Below the pieces are notes generated by a model that saw only the letters and a list, made by a program, of their open reading frames with translations, did no database searches and was not told the DNA's origin. 64,000 nucleotides of DNA, from contig NC_058368.1 in the NCBI RefSeq assembly GCF_018350175.1, forward strand, positions 108,936,001-109,000,000. The letters run 5' to 3'. Made by a program: the position numbers and the translations under genes. This stretch comes from Felis catus. Its lineage: Eukaryota. Positions 23,411 to 62,052 of this stretch are shown here, one piece after another. How positions within the stretch are numbered: the stretch's first letter is position 1; every line of letters begins with the position of its first letter.

Positions 23411-24953
23411 AAAGTTGTGAGTTTGAAATACCAGACTGTAACATCCCAACAGTTGGGCATACTAAAACACCCAACTCTTTGGTGCCATAGTGAACATGTT
23501 AATGCTAAACTAAGTAGGTTAATAAAAATTACTGAAAACAGTTCCCTGTCTCTAATGTTATCCTTTATTTGTTTCCAAGACCACAGTGGGATTGGTAAGT
23601 AGGCACCAACACATAACAGATTCCTTAATGGTTGATTTCATGCTCACTGCAGAAAATGCTCAAAAGCAATGTGGAACATCTTGTTATGCTATATAGCAAA
23701 GGAAGATACCAAAGACAAGTTTTTCTGTATCTGTGTTTTATTTCACATGAAACAAATTTTAAAAACTCAAGAGAACAAGAGACTTCCACTCCCAGTTAAG
23801 ATGGAGTAGCATCTGGTAGATCAACTTTCATGTCAAATGTAACAATGAAAACTGGATAAAATCTCCTAAAAATCTGTTTTAAGGCATCAAAGGACTGCTG
23901 AAACAAAAAAGACTTGAGCATGAAGATCCCAGGGAAGAATGATTCTCAAGTCAAAAGTCCATAGCCTCTTTTATCCTTAGATCATGTTCTGATTGTAGGC
24001 ATGGGGCAAAGATTGAGAACACAGATAAACGACCCAAGTAATGGGCAGGTGCTAACAGGCAGAGAAACCATCCGAGGTCTTGTCAGTGTTAAGGGGTATT
24101 GAAAGGCAAACCTAGACTGTAATTTGTTGGAATATTGAATGGAAGGGAGAGATGAAGAGTTTAGTCAACCACTCAGCCTGTTAACTCAGTAAGACATTTT
24201 CTGAATTCTGAAGGTGTGCAGAATGGAAAGTTAAGAAGCAAAAAAGCCTCTAAAAAGAAAAAAATTTGCAGCAATATCTAGATACTAAAGATACAAGGAT
24301 TGAGCTTCAAAACTGCCAGAGGGACAGATCCAGTGAACACTCTGGGCTCTCAATTGGAAAACCCCTGGAAGACTAATATATGAGGGGAAAATGAAGGTAA
24401 ATCAGAGGTAAACAAAAATGCAAATTAGCCTTAATCAAGTTGGCTCAGACTCGGATTAGATTAAGATGATCAATTCCCACTCTGCCTAGAAAAAGGAAAA
24501 CAATGAATCCATTATGTAGCAGGTTGTCACCATCCAGAGCCTCTATAATTTGTCTAGCATCCAGTCAAAATTATCAGTCATACCAACAGAATGGACTAAA
24601 TGATAAGAAACCAAGAGGAGGAAAAGGATCCACAGAAAATTTATATCATGGAATTAACAGAGAAGAATTTTAAGTAAGTGATTCATTAGTCCAAAAAAAA
24701 ATGAGTAAAACAAAAGACAAATTCCCCAGAGAATTAGAATCTATTAAAAGTAATTGAATGGATACACATTCTAGAACGAAAAAATGTTAAGAACTAAAAT
24801 TAACTAAACAGATGAGGTTAGCCGAAGAGATAAATGAATTGGAAGACAGGTCAACAGAAAATATTTACTCTGAAACACAAGTGGGAAAAGGATGGGAGGT
24901 ATGAAAGCTTAAACTGAAAAGTTCTATCATTCAGATTATTGGAATCCCAGAGG

Positions 24954-24956
<3 letters not shown>

Positions 24957-25000
<44 letters not shown>
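24957..25000. repeat. (CA)n microsatellite
   Basis: About 22 CA units. Confidence 0.95.
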
Positions 25001-25002
<2 letters not shown>

Positions 25003-25623
25003 TGAGACAGAAATAATTCTTGAATAACTGAGAAATTTCCAAAACTAAAGATGACCCACAAATTCAAGAAACTCTGTAAACTCTAAGCCAGAAAATAACA
25101 AAAAGAAATCACACTAGGCAAGTCATAGTAAAACTACTGAAAACCATAACAAAGAAAACTCTTTAAAAGCAGGTGGGAGGGGATGAGGAAGAAATTACCT
25201 TCAAAGGAGCATCAAAAGGACAAGACAGCTGAATTTTCAACAGAAATGGTGTAAGCATGCCTATAATGGAATCACATCTTTAAGCTGTTTAAAGAAAAAC
25301 ATGTAAATGAATTTAACAGAAAACAGAATAAACTGGAGAACAGTTGTAAAATTTACCCCCAAATACAGCATAGTTTTAAAAATATATGAAAGCAGGTTAA
25401 GAACTAAAAAAAAGTATGGTATAATCTAATTTACTTTTAATCCAAGTTCCAGAAAGGAACGTAAAAAATATTGAAAGAGAAAATGGTTTAATAACTTTCT
25501 AAAACTGGTTGAAGGTAATATTGTACACATTCAAGCATTCAAGAAGCCCAAAGAATGTCAAACAGTGGAAAAAAACACACCTAGCATGACAATAATTTTT
25601 CTGTTCTCAGCACTGAGGGAATC

Positions 25624-25759
25624 TTTTTTTTTTTTAAGTAGGCTCCATGCCCAGCATGGAGCCCAACGTGAAGCTTGAACTCATGACCTGACGACAGATC
25701 AAGACCTGAGCTGAGATCAAGAGCTAGACGTTCAACCAAATGAGCCACCCAGGTGCCCC
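25624..25759 (-). mobile_element. Short older CAN-SINE
   Basis: tgagccacccaggtgcccc head, T tail. Confidence 0.8.
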
Positions 25760-27494
25760 TCTAAGTGAATCTTTCTATACTCTGCTGTTATATTGGAGTT
25801 GCAACTCCGTAAATTCCATTTCCCATATTCCCTTACCAGCTGGCATCCTGTTAGGATCTGCCAATGGAAGGTACTAGAAGATTAAATGGCACTAGATAAG
25901 TAGCAATTGCCCAAACCCAGCAATTTTTTTTTTGCATGAGAGACAGTTTTATATATTAAGCCACTGAGACTGAGAGGTTATATTATTACTGTAGGCAGCA
26001 TAAGCCTATTCTATCCTAACAAAATATAAAAAAGAATCTTTTTAAGAAGACCCTTGCACCAACAAAAATAAAATGTAAGTATGTGAGAGGCATAAATGTA
26101 AAAGACAAGGCTATAAAAGATTTTGGAAAAGAATACAGGAAGTACCTTCATCATTTTGGGGAACAAAAGAACTTCTCAAACAAGATATAAACAGCACAAA
26201 TCAAAAAGTAAAAGCTTGATAAATGTGGTGTAAAAATTGAGAACTTCTCTTCATCAGAAGACAAAACTAAGAGTGAAACGACAAACTAGAAAAAGGAAGA
26301 TATTTTGCAAAATGTATAAGCATCAAAGAACTTATGTCTATAATATACTAAAAATTCCAGTGAATCAGTAAGAAAAAGACTTGAAAAAACATAAACATGA
26401 GGACTAACAAGAAAGTGTTCAATATCATTAATGATGCTAAAATAGACAATACTATGCATGTAACAAGTTACCTAAAATGCACAAGTAGGACATTACCAGG
26501 TATCGGAGAAGGCTGGGATAACAAGAACTCTCATTCACTCCTAATGAGAATGTGCATAACCACTCTGGAATACATTATATGGTAAAGTTGAAGACTAACT
26601 AGTAAGATTCCATACTTCAACTGCTAGATACATATTCTGCATGCACAAATGTGTTTATGTGTACCAGGAATCATGTATAAATATGCAAATGGCAGTATTA
26701 TTCGTAGTATACAAAGTGAAACCTTCTCAAATATCTATCAACAGTATATTGGCTATATTATGTACTGTCTGTTCTACAATATACATTAAAAAACTGAGCC
26801 AACTCTACATATTAAAACAAACTACAGCTACACAACAGCATGAATACTAAAAACAACTGTCAAACAAAAGAAGGCAAAAGCCCCAAAAATACATGGATTC
26901 CGTTTACAAAAAGTACAAAATCAGGGGAAAAAAATAACTACTTATTTAGGGATGTAGACATAGGTAGTAAAATTACAAAGACAAGCAAAGGAATAAGTAC
27001 CATAAACCATGAGACAATGGTTACCACAAAGGTACTGAAAGCAGGACAGGAGATTTGATCCAGAACAGGCTCACAAGGGGCTCCTGAGGTGCAGATTTGA
27101 AAATGATCTCTTCTCTAACCCAGGTGGTGGTCAGCTGGGTGCTCACACTCACCTTCATATTTTTTAAACTGTATATCTGTGTTTTGTGAACAATTCTGTG
27201 TATGTATCTCAAAATTTTTAAATAAGAAATTTCAATTTATAACAGCCAGTCATGAACACACATGATTTCTCTGTTCTCTGGGAGTCAAGGAGAGACTATG
27301 TTCCCTCACTTTCCAAAAAGGATACTGAAGCTTGGAAATGTAAGTGTTGAAACCATATCTAGAATCCGTGGTCAAGGTTTTGCCATTCAAGTATACACTA
27401 CCCAGATTCCACCTACACAGAGGAGATGCGCAGGAAATAGTGAACTTGGTATAAGCTCACCCACCTTAAAAAATACTCAGAATAAGGCTCTTTA

Positions 27495-27897
27495 AGGCTT
27501 CTGGCAGGGACATTTTATTTTTTGGTTAAAGCCACATTGATAGAAATGCCATAAAAACAAATATGTAAACAAGGTATCAAAACTTTGGTTCACTAAAACA
27601 CCTCACACCTAAAACATCTGAGGTACAAAGGCACCTTGCTAGGTGCTAGACAGCCTGACTCTGCTGTAGCCACTCTGACTCAAACTCTGTGGCCAGAGGT
27701 GGCACAGGCCAACCAGAAAGGTTGGGACCCAGGTCACCCAGAACCCTCCTCAGTCGGCTCTCCCTTTGGTCCAGACAAACATTCACTCCAACTAAGATCC
27801 AAGTGACAAGGCCTGGAACATACAAAGGTGTCTGTCATGTTGAACTTGAGGATGACATAGGCTGTGGGGCCAGGAAGGAGAAGGGCAGAAAACGAAG
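27495..27897 (-). other. P4HA2: P4HA2 3' UTR (to proximal poly(A) site)
   Basis: Follows the stop codon and ends shortly after the first AATAAA on the minus strand; the cleavage site is approximate. Confidence 0.75.
27514..27519 (-). terminator. P4HA2: Polyadenylation signal AATAAA of P4HA2
   Basis: TTTATT on + strand ~380 nt downstream of the stop. Confidence 0.8.
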
Positions 27898-53057
<25,160 letters not shown>

Positions 53058-56000
53058 GGTCACAGAGAGTAGTGTCTGCAAGGCATTCAAGTGACAGCTG
53101 TTGGATCAACAGTTGAAAAACGTAACTTAGGTGAGAGATACTTATACATGTGCACACAGACAGACATCGCCAAACATGCCAAAAGTCTGACCTAGTACAT
53201 AGAAACTGAGGATATTCAGAATCAGCAGTGCAACGAGACCAAGGTGTACAACGAGGGATGTGTGCTCAATACTCCCTGCTCTGGGAGGCCATGCACCCTT
53301 GGGAGAGACCCTGCCCTCTAGATTCCTGGTATCTAAAGGCAACATGGAAAGGCTGAATTGTGTGGGAGGCAGTCACCTCTGATTCTAATAGCCTATCAGT
53401 CCAAGATTCTGGCCCACAACTTGTCATTTCACAGCCTGCTTGACTTATTTGTCTTTCTTTCCAACACGTGTGTCAGGATGGTGCTGGGGACACACAGGTA
53501 ACTTCGGCACACAAGAAGACTGAAAGTACACGAGAAACAGGGAGAGAACTTGACACAGTATGCAGCAGGGAGCCCCTATCCGAAACGAGGCATAGAGCAG
53601 CTGTTGGCCAGCAGGGGGATAAAACCGCTCCCCTTGACAGTGTGCACCTGGCCACAGCAGACGCAGTCTGGGAAGCAGGCACTTTGGGCAGACACCACTC
53701 TTCCTGTCTGCCACCTCACCAGACACCATCCCCACTGGCACGTCACATTCACAAATATTTACTGAAGATCCACACGGGCTACCCACTAAGCTAGGCACCA
53801 GGGATACAAAAATGAACCATCCACACAAATCCAAAGCTCTGGGCTAGGCTAGGCAGCTGACATGGTGTGAGATCAGCTTCTGTCTTCTAGTCAGCCTAGA
53901 AATAGCGCAATTCAGCTGTAAAGGCAGCAGGCACAACATGGGGCAAGCTCCATTGGCAGTGAACCTAAGTATACAACGGAAGCTTTGGACATGGTCTTCC
54001 AGCTCAGCCACGCAGCCCAGAGCATGCTGAAGGACCAGCTCCCATCTGAGTCCCCACTCTGCCAGCCCTTTCTCTTCCTGCTCTACTTCAGCCAAACCCC
54101 CCAGAAATGTACTAAGAGAAAACAAGGAAAATGAAGAAAATACAAATGCTTCCCCCCAAAAACGTAAGCCTTACCTGACTGAATTCCAAGTCTGAGCTAA
54201 TGCCAGTTCATCAGGGTTTTGCCTGCTATGGTCGATCAGACACACACAGCCAAGACTATCATTCCTTACCTCAGAAGAAACTCCAATCTACTATAGTTCC
54301 AGGTTAGGCTCAAAGAGGCCCAACCACAATCCCTACCCCTAAAACAGTTCCTCTATTAAGAGGAGTGAATAAGCAAATGGCCGCATTTGTTCATGCCCCT
54401 GCTAAATGTCTGCAGAGCTATGAGCATGCCCATCAGTGCCCTCGATATTGGGGACCAGGAAATACACAGAGCAAGATCTTTTAGGCCAGAACCTGCTGCA
54501 GGGTATTGGGCTAAAGGACCAATTTATGGAGTTAGGGCAGCAAAGGAGAGCAAGTCACTGAGAGAAGGTGAGCAGGCCGTCAGACCTCAGGTGGAGCCCA
54601 GGCCCTCCGTGTTCCAGCCACACATCTCCTCTCAGGCCTCACCATGCTGCATCACCACCCCAGGATTTCTGAAAGCCTCTCTTCTTGTTCACACGAGCCC
54701 CCTGTACAGGGAGTAGTGTCTGTTCCTTATACCTCAAGAGGCTTAACTAGCTCAGGAAAGCACCTTCTGTATGTGAAAAGAAGGAACAGTAAAATTCAGG
54801 GCCAAGAGGCTGTTATCTGTGGACAGTGAGAGACCAGCCAACTGCCTTGTCAGGATGGGGTGGTGGGAGACCAGGGCCCAGGCAAGACACCAGACCAGAC
54901 ACGGCCAGAAGTGGGGGAGCCCAGCGCTTTCCCCCTGTTGTGTCACCAGCTGCAGTGGCATATCTCTTCAGAGATCGGGTAACAAGTTCAAGGGAGGGAG
55001 ATGCCTCTCCTTTCCTTTCAAATCACCCTGGTGATCCAGTCCATGGTTCATGCTTACAGCACTCAGCAAAAAGCAGCCAGGTTCCTTCATTACATGAATT
55101 CCAGCTGTCATTTCTCTGGAATGCACTATCTGGCTTAGACTGAGCCCATCCACAAATACCAGCCTGGAGGCAGAGCCCCACAGAATCTCAAATGGGGTTC
55201 TGGGAAATGGCTTGCTAAGCGCTTGCAAAGTCCTGCTGTGATGGAGGAGAGCAAGATGACTCCACTGGTCAGAGAACCAGTTACTCCCAACCAGCCCCTA
55301 GACTGCCAAAACCAACATTACCCCCTCAGGCAGGGGTACCCTAGAGCCCCAACACTTCTCTTGATCCTGGCCCTGAACACTTAACACTTTGTACTAAAAA
55401 AGATACTAACTAGGGTCAGGTTGGGAAGAAGCAGCATCCAAGAAGGACTGTCCCAGAGTGTGGGAAAGACCAACCACCTACTTGCCTGCCCTTCAATCTG
55501 ATCTCATACCCACACCCAAAGCTTGATAGGATACAGTAGGTGGGAATGTGTGTGCATGCCCAGTGCCCCCACAAAGTGTCCAGTGCTCCCAAAAGCCTTT
55601 CCAGGAACACTCATAAATCCATGCTGAATAGTCCTGGAAATGGGCAATGTCAAACCTCCTTTTAGAAAAAAACAAAAAACAAAGTGGCACCCGAGCCTGA
55701 GGAGAAAACCAACATGCAATTTTATGTGTGTTGCACCCTGAGTTTAGAACACGTCTGGCCCAAATCAGGCACCCAACAAATAATGCTTTGCCACAGACTT
55801 GTTTAAGTCAGAAACAGTATCACAAGATTTTACATTTTTTCCCACACAATGGATTGTTATGGATTGTTTAAGAATGGACACTGTATGCATATGAAGTCCC
55901 AAGTTTGGGCCCCCACAGGTAGATCCTCCAAAGCCTACCAACACCCCAGTGACAGTGATTCACTCACCAGGTGACCAGCACTGTTTCTAAGCACAGGGCA

Positions 56001-57099
56001 ATTCCAAGACATACAACAGAGGCCCCAACAAGCCTGCTCTTTGGAAAGGACATTTACAATCTGGCCAAATGGCCATGAAAAGAGGTTTCCAGCTGCAAAC
56101 CAGCAGAGTCCTTAGCTTCTCCCCTTACCTCATCAGGCATGAACCTCTGCCAAGCTCGCAGCTGCAACCCAAATGCAACAGCTTGAATTTTAACAATGTA
56201 TTTAACAGCCTAGAGACAGAACATGGGTTTGCTGAGTACAAGCAAGTCTTGCCAGGCACTAATCAAGAAGCTGCCTGCCTTCTGTGAAGGAGCAAAACGC
56301 GCCCCCCAGTGGTCCTGCCTCCCAGTGCTGTGGCCAGCTCTGGGATGGCAGAGTCAAGAGGACCTGTGAGCTGTGCAGAAGCTCGGGGAGGCCCGGGTAC
56401 TTAAGCATACAGAGGTCCAATAGGACCAGAAGCTGACTTCCCCAGAAGGTTGAGAAGCACCCTTCTCTCCTCACCCAATGTGAAGCCTCAGTCATCACCG
56501 TGGTCTGAGCCACCTCCAGTTCCCTCCCGCAGCCATCCTGGTTCCTACCTACACTCACTGTCATCACATCTGGTGCACTGCCACCCCACCCCCCAACTCC
56601 CACCAACCTCTGCTCTACAAAGTAGCCAGCATAGCTTACTGCAGCTCCTCTTGTGGTCTTTCTCTCCACTGCTCTTAGGATAAAGTCCAAACTCCTTGAT
56701 CACCAGGGTCTTTTTGACTCTGTACAACATGGCCCTACAGCCCACTCCAGTCCCATCTCATGACTCTAGGTTTTCCCAGCCTCAGATGCTACTTTTCATG
56801 GAAAATATTCTTCGCTGAGGATTTTCTTCATTGAAACCCAGGTGTTCATCTATATCCATACTTGTACTTCACTATCAGGTATATGAACATGTTGATTTAT
56901 ACTTCCCACCTGGGTACCACCAAAACTACAAAGCCTCCTGCTTCAATAGCCAAGCAATGAAGTAGTAGAGAAGGCTGTAAAAACCAACATGCAAAGACCA
57001 AATTGGATCTTCAGTCAGGGTCTTGGCAGAGACTTGGCAGTCTAAGTGAGACTAACTCATAAGCAACTACACACAAGGACAAGACCCACACAGCACTAC

Positions 57100-57620
57100 A
57101 TAGGATGCTTCTGATGTACCACCTCACACTCTCTTGGCCTCACCAGTCTCCTGGACCCTGGGTCTCTTGCTGTGCCTCAGACCCAGTGAAGGCGACTGTG
57201 CAGGCCCCAAATCTCTGGCTCCTCCTCCTACTTCCACACACCACAGAAGTGCCACACTGGCCTCCCCAGTGGCTGCTGGAGGGCCCTGGTAGTGCAACCA
57301 AGGAGCCGCAGGGAGAGAACTCTTATGAGGCAACTCTGACCAATGAAGACAGAACACAGAAGGAGGTCAGCAGATGAATTCCCTCTTCAGGCTTTGGATA
57401 ACAAACTATTCTGCAGCATGGAGTTTCTGTAGAGATCACCCAGGGATATTCGGCACAGCTGAACAATGACTGTGTCTCTGTGCAAATTGGCCAGCTTGCT
57501 TCCACCCTTCCCTCCCTCTGGTTAATCTTCCCTTACCCTTGCTGCCCTGCACCTTCCAGTAAGGCATTAAGCACACTTAAGCTCTGCCTCAGGCACTGCT
57601 TTTTTGGGAACTAAGCCAAC
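57100..57620 (+). mobile_element. Old ERVL (LTR16-like) solo LTR in intron 1
   Basis: gaccaatgaagacagaac...gcagatgaattccctc...ctctgcctcaggcactgctttttgggaac, LTR16-type phrases. Confidence 0.55.
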
Positions 57621-58129
57621 CACCATTTACGTTTCCGAAAATCTTCCATTTCTACCATCTCATCCTCACCAAAGTCTTGCAAACTAGATAATCATCTTGA
57701 TTTCAGATATAGAAGCTAGGCAAGTGGGGCTGAGAGGTTTCCTGTATACCTGACATGCTACCACCAGTCAATGGCAGAGCTGACGTAAACCCAAAACACA
57801 CTTTCTGCTAGAGACTGCTACCATTCAATCCCACTCAGTAACATCTGCTGTCTTACAGCCTAAGGGTCTCCCAAAAGGAGGAGCCACACTTTGACCAAGC
57901 AGAGCAGGCTTGCCCAGGTCAAGGACTGTATCACAGACCACAAAGCAGCTTCATGATATACCTGGCTTGATCCCACCAAAAGGTGGACAGCAGCATGGGC
58001 CCAGAAGATAGGAACAAGGAGCCTCAAGTTCAAGCGAGCAGTCACTCCTGCTTCAGACATCACAGCACTCACAAATGACCAACCAGCCCAGTTCAGGGCA
58101 AAGCAGTACTATCTAATCAGGCATACCCA

Positions 58130-58320
58130 CAGTGGGGTCCACTCCAAGTTAAATCTCACCTCCCCCATCACTTCCTGGCTTTGTGACTTTATACAAGTTA
58201 CAGAACTCCCTGAGCCTGTTTCCCACCTATGTGATGGTGATAACATTAGGACCCACATCTTATAGGGTTGTTGTGAGGACTGAATGAGATGACAAGTATT
58301 GACAGGCAGCCTACCACCAA
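58130..58320 (+). mobile_element. MIR SINE
   Basis: ggctttgtgactttatacaagttac...ctgagcctgtttccc...agggttgttgtgaggactgaatgagat. Confidence 0.6.
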
Positions 58321-58419
58321 GCAGTTTTCACCAGACATTGGCACCAAGGTTACTAGAGGGACATCAGTAGACCTGGATTGGCCAGCTGTCTGGCTAATCC
58401 CTGGAAAATAAGAAGGTCC

Positions 58420-58639
58420 AGGAGTGCCTGGAAGGCTCATTTTCTTAAGCTCCTGACTTCAGCTCAGGTCATGATCTGATGGTTCATGAGTTTGAGCCCC
58501 ACACCGGGCTCTGTGCTGACAGCTCACAGCCTGGAGCCTCCTTCGGATTCTGTGTCTCCCTCTCTCTCTGCTCCCCCGTGACTCACACTCTGTCTCTGTG
58601 TATCAAAAATAAATAAATGTTGGAAAAAAAAAAGTAAAA

Positions 58640-58691
<52 letters not shown>

Positions 58692-58692
58692 A
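58420..58692 (+). mobile_element. CAN-SINE with (GAAA)n tail (intron 1)
   Basis: SINE body followed by a GAAA tetramer run ~58640-58692. Confidence 0.88.
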
Positions 58693-61600
58693 AAGGAGAA
58701 GGTTCAGGTTCAGCCTAAGGGACAGTGAAGATGAAAACAAGGCAGAAATTGGGCAATCTCCATATCCCACAAGGGCCAAAAGAAACGAAACATTAATTTA
58801 GGTGAGAGCAGAGTCAGACATAATGGAGCATACTATCAGGGAATAACCCTGAAACAGGCCAATCAGTGGTTCTACAGGTCACCTAGGAAACAAAGCTCTC
58901 TGGCAAAAGGCAGGGGACTGGACTAATACTCTAGGATCTCCTGTATTTCTATACCTCTGACCTAATGGATCTGAGTTCCTACAAGTACCAGGCCTCAGGA
59001 TCTCGCCACACCCTGGCCCTCAGGAGTACCTGGTACACAGTAAGCTGTACTCTAGAATGCACTTCCTAAAAGGTCTACAGCAGATATTGGTCTGTGAACA
59101 GGCTCAGACAGATCCAATCTGAGCCAGAGAACTCACTACCCAAACACTTAATCTTCTGCCCTGCAATAATACCACTTGTGTAAAAACCCTTTTCTAGGGC
59201 TCCAAAAAGTCTAGTCCAGGCTTTTCATTCTCCTCCACCCCTTCTGAGAATAAAAAGTATACCCTTCATTCCACATCCCCAGCGCAAACCCCAGAGACCA
59301 CAGGAGCCACTAGCCCTCTCCCTCTAAAACACGCTGATGTCCCACTCTGGGGCACTTCAAGCAATGTTTTCCAAGTCCAACTCTCGCTCTAGCACTCTGT
59401 CTGGGCTTGCACGTGCCTGCAGCACAGCATTTCCTGCCAATGACCATCTGCATAAAATTAAACTCTTGACAGATCCCAGGAGCCAGGGACACACCCATCA
59501 GCCCAATGTACACTATCAGCCAACGTGGCCACAAATCGGCCAAGGTCTTGCGTCCAGCCTCAGAACTTCCCATGGATGTGGGAGAGCAGAGTAAAAAGTA
59601 AGGCTCTGTTAGGAAATGAGTAGACCCCAGAATCCCTCACCCTAGTCATTCCTCAGGGCTGCACCCACACAGTCTCTCCTACTGATGAGTACTCACACTC
59701 TGAGCTCCTCCTCTGCCACAGGACCAGCTGCCAGCATGAAGCAGTAATCTCAGGGAGATTATGAGCTATCCACAGGCAAGGATAGTATCACCACCACTTC
59801 CCTCTCCTTCTCTCCCCCCTAATTCCAGCCCTAGGCACACTCAAAGCAGAAGCCAAGCACAGTAGAGGAACTCGGGAAATGAAGAGAGATCAGCTGTGTA
59901 CAGGCTAAACCAATGACAAAGTAAACACGCTCCTGGGCACCCCATTTCAGAGCCTCCTACTGGGTAAAAAGGCCTATCACAAGTCATAGGCAATGCCTAA
60001 CCATCATCATGTCTGCATGCTGGGCTCTCAGAGAACTAGGGTGGCCCACTATGACAGCATCTCTGGGATGAGGCCCCAGGCCAACTCACTCCATCCTTGC
60101 TACGTGGCCTCCTTGGCTGGGCCGCACAGAAGACATACTCGGCCATCTGAGAATAAGAAGGCCTAGAAGAAAAGGATTCAAAGCCCAAACATCTTGCAAG
60201 TGTGTTCAAGTGAACAGAAGAGGACTGGGCTCTAAGGCCCAGAAGCACAGTGAGAGACTACACCTAGACACTTCAGTGGCAGCTTAAACACAAGCCAAAG
60301 GACATCTTGGTGCATTAATAGAGAGCTAAATCATGAAACCTGTTGTTCCAGATGTGATCCAGGGTGAGAAGCAGCAGTAGCTTGCAAAAACATTCTATAC
60401 ATTGTTAGGTGGACAGCAGATCTTGGCATCATCAGGGACATGTGAGAATGTCCTCAGCTACAAATGATATCCCCCAACCCTTGTTCTCAGAGCCAGGAAC
60501 TCCTGAGAAAGGGCTGAGGCTATCAGGCCTCAGACGGTATACATTAAGAAGCACATGCCTTAGGCTTCACTCTACAGCACAAGACACCAGTCTTGGTCTT
60601 GGGATGAACACTAACGTTGCACACCATCTTAAAGATGTCATATTAGAATACAAGGCCAGGGGCCCTACCTATGCTGTCCTGAAGTTGGAAGTGCCCTGAT
60701 CCAGGCTCATGCTGAGGCAAATCCAAATGCAGGGCACAGTACCAGGCACTGTCCTCTCACTTCAAACTGTGGCGGTCAGGGCCCATGGGCAGCTATCCCC
60801 TTAAATGTCCCTTCCCTCATCACCTTGCCTCTTCTAGAGTATACAGGTCTGCTCCCACTCACACGGGTTGTTCCTCTGTCCAGGTTACCCTTATTCAGAT
60901 TTCTTCTGACCACGCCAGCTCATAAGTCACCTCCTCCAGGAAGCCCTCTGGCCTGACGCATCCTGCCCTCTACCAAGGACCCACACAGCCTGATGCTCCC
61001 TCCTAACACCACACTTACCACACTGTTTTGGACCTGGACTTTCCCAGTCTTCAATCTGTCTGCTGCACTGAGCTAGCAACTCCTTGCAGTTTCTGACACA
61101 CCGAAGGGTCCGTTTGAATTAGTTAACTAGTTACCAGAGGTCCACGCAGCTTCTGAGGAAAAATAACGCAGGTTGGAAACAGAGGTCTATGTGGGGGGAA
61201 AAAACTGTTCTCAACCAACAGCCTGTTTCATGGGTACCAAGGTGGACCCCGCCGGGCTAAAGCCAGAAACTCCCATCCCTTTGGAGGGAGGAAGGCGGAC
61301 CTCGCTAACTTTAAGCGGTCCCCCGGGGCTCAGCCCAGGGCACCGCCTCTGCCTCCAACCTCTGGCCGCACTCGGGGCCAGGCCTCCCGCTGCCGTTCCC
61401 GGGGAGCCTGCCGAGGCAGGGCGGCCAAGTTCTCCACCCCGCCCGGCTCGGCGCGGACGCCCAGGGACCGGCAGGAAGGGCGCCGCTGACCTCACCACCC
61501 TGAGCTCGGGGAAGCGACGGGACAGGAACCCAGACGGGAGGAGAAACAGGGCGGAGGGCTCCGGGCTGCGGCCCGAATTGCGCTGCGGGAAGCGGGCTGC

Positions 61601-61715
61601 GCGACCCCCGGCCCCCAACTCCCGGCCCCGCGCCGGCAGCACTCACGGCCCGACGACCCCGGCCCGCGCGCGAGCCCAGCCGCGGACCCGGCGGCCGAGC
61701 GGGCGGGGCGCTCAC

Positions 61716-61800
61716 CTGGACACGCGCAGCTCCCGGCGTTTCCAGAACCTCCCGCGGCGGCGCCCGGCCCGCTCGGCGCCTCCTCCCGGGGCGGCTCCGC
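61716..61800 (-). other. P4HA2: P4HA2 non-coding exon 1 (5' end approximate)
   Basis: ...GGAAACGCCGGGAGCTGCGCGTGTCCAG|gtgagc donor inside the CpG island; resembles the human P4HA2 leader as I recall it. Confidence 0.75.
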
Positions 61801-62046
61801 CTCCCGCCGCGGCCCGGCTCCGCCTGCTTGAGCCGCCGCCACGTCCCCACCTCCCGCCCCCAGCCGGCCGGCCGGGGCGCTGGCTCTGCGCCCGGACAGC
61901 TTCGGCCGGGGGTCTTCGCCGCCAGCGACCCCCGGGAAGGTCTGGGCTGCCAAGCCCGCCGGAGCCGGGAGCCGAGAGCCAAAGAGCGGCCTTTGGGTCG
62001 GGCGGGAGCCGCTATCTGCGCCCTTCATGCCGCCGGCCGCTCGCCG

Positions 62047-62052
62047 CACGTA
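62047..62052 (-). promoter_or_regulatory. Hypoxia response element core TACGTG
   Basis: CACGTA on + strand, upstream of exon 1; second ACGTG core at 61840-61844; P4HA2 is a known HIF-1 target. Confidence 0.55.

Larger units (their letters stand above)
23780..27230 (+). mobile_element. Ancient L1 remnants (5'/ORF1-like ~23780-25330, 3' end ~26020-27230) with a small LTR-like piece ~25770-26020
   Basis: A-rich degenerate L1 phrases (gaagagataaatgaattggaagacagg; cacaaattcaagaaactctg; cagaattttcaacagaaa). Confidence 0.6.
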
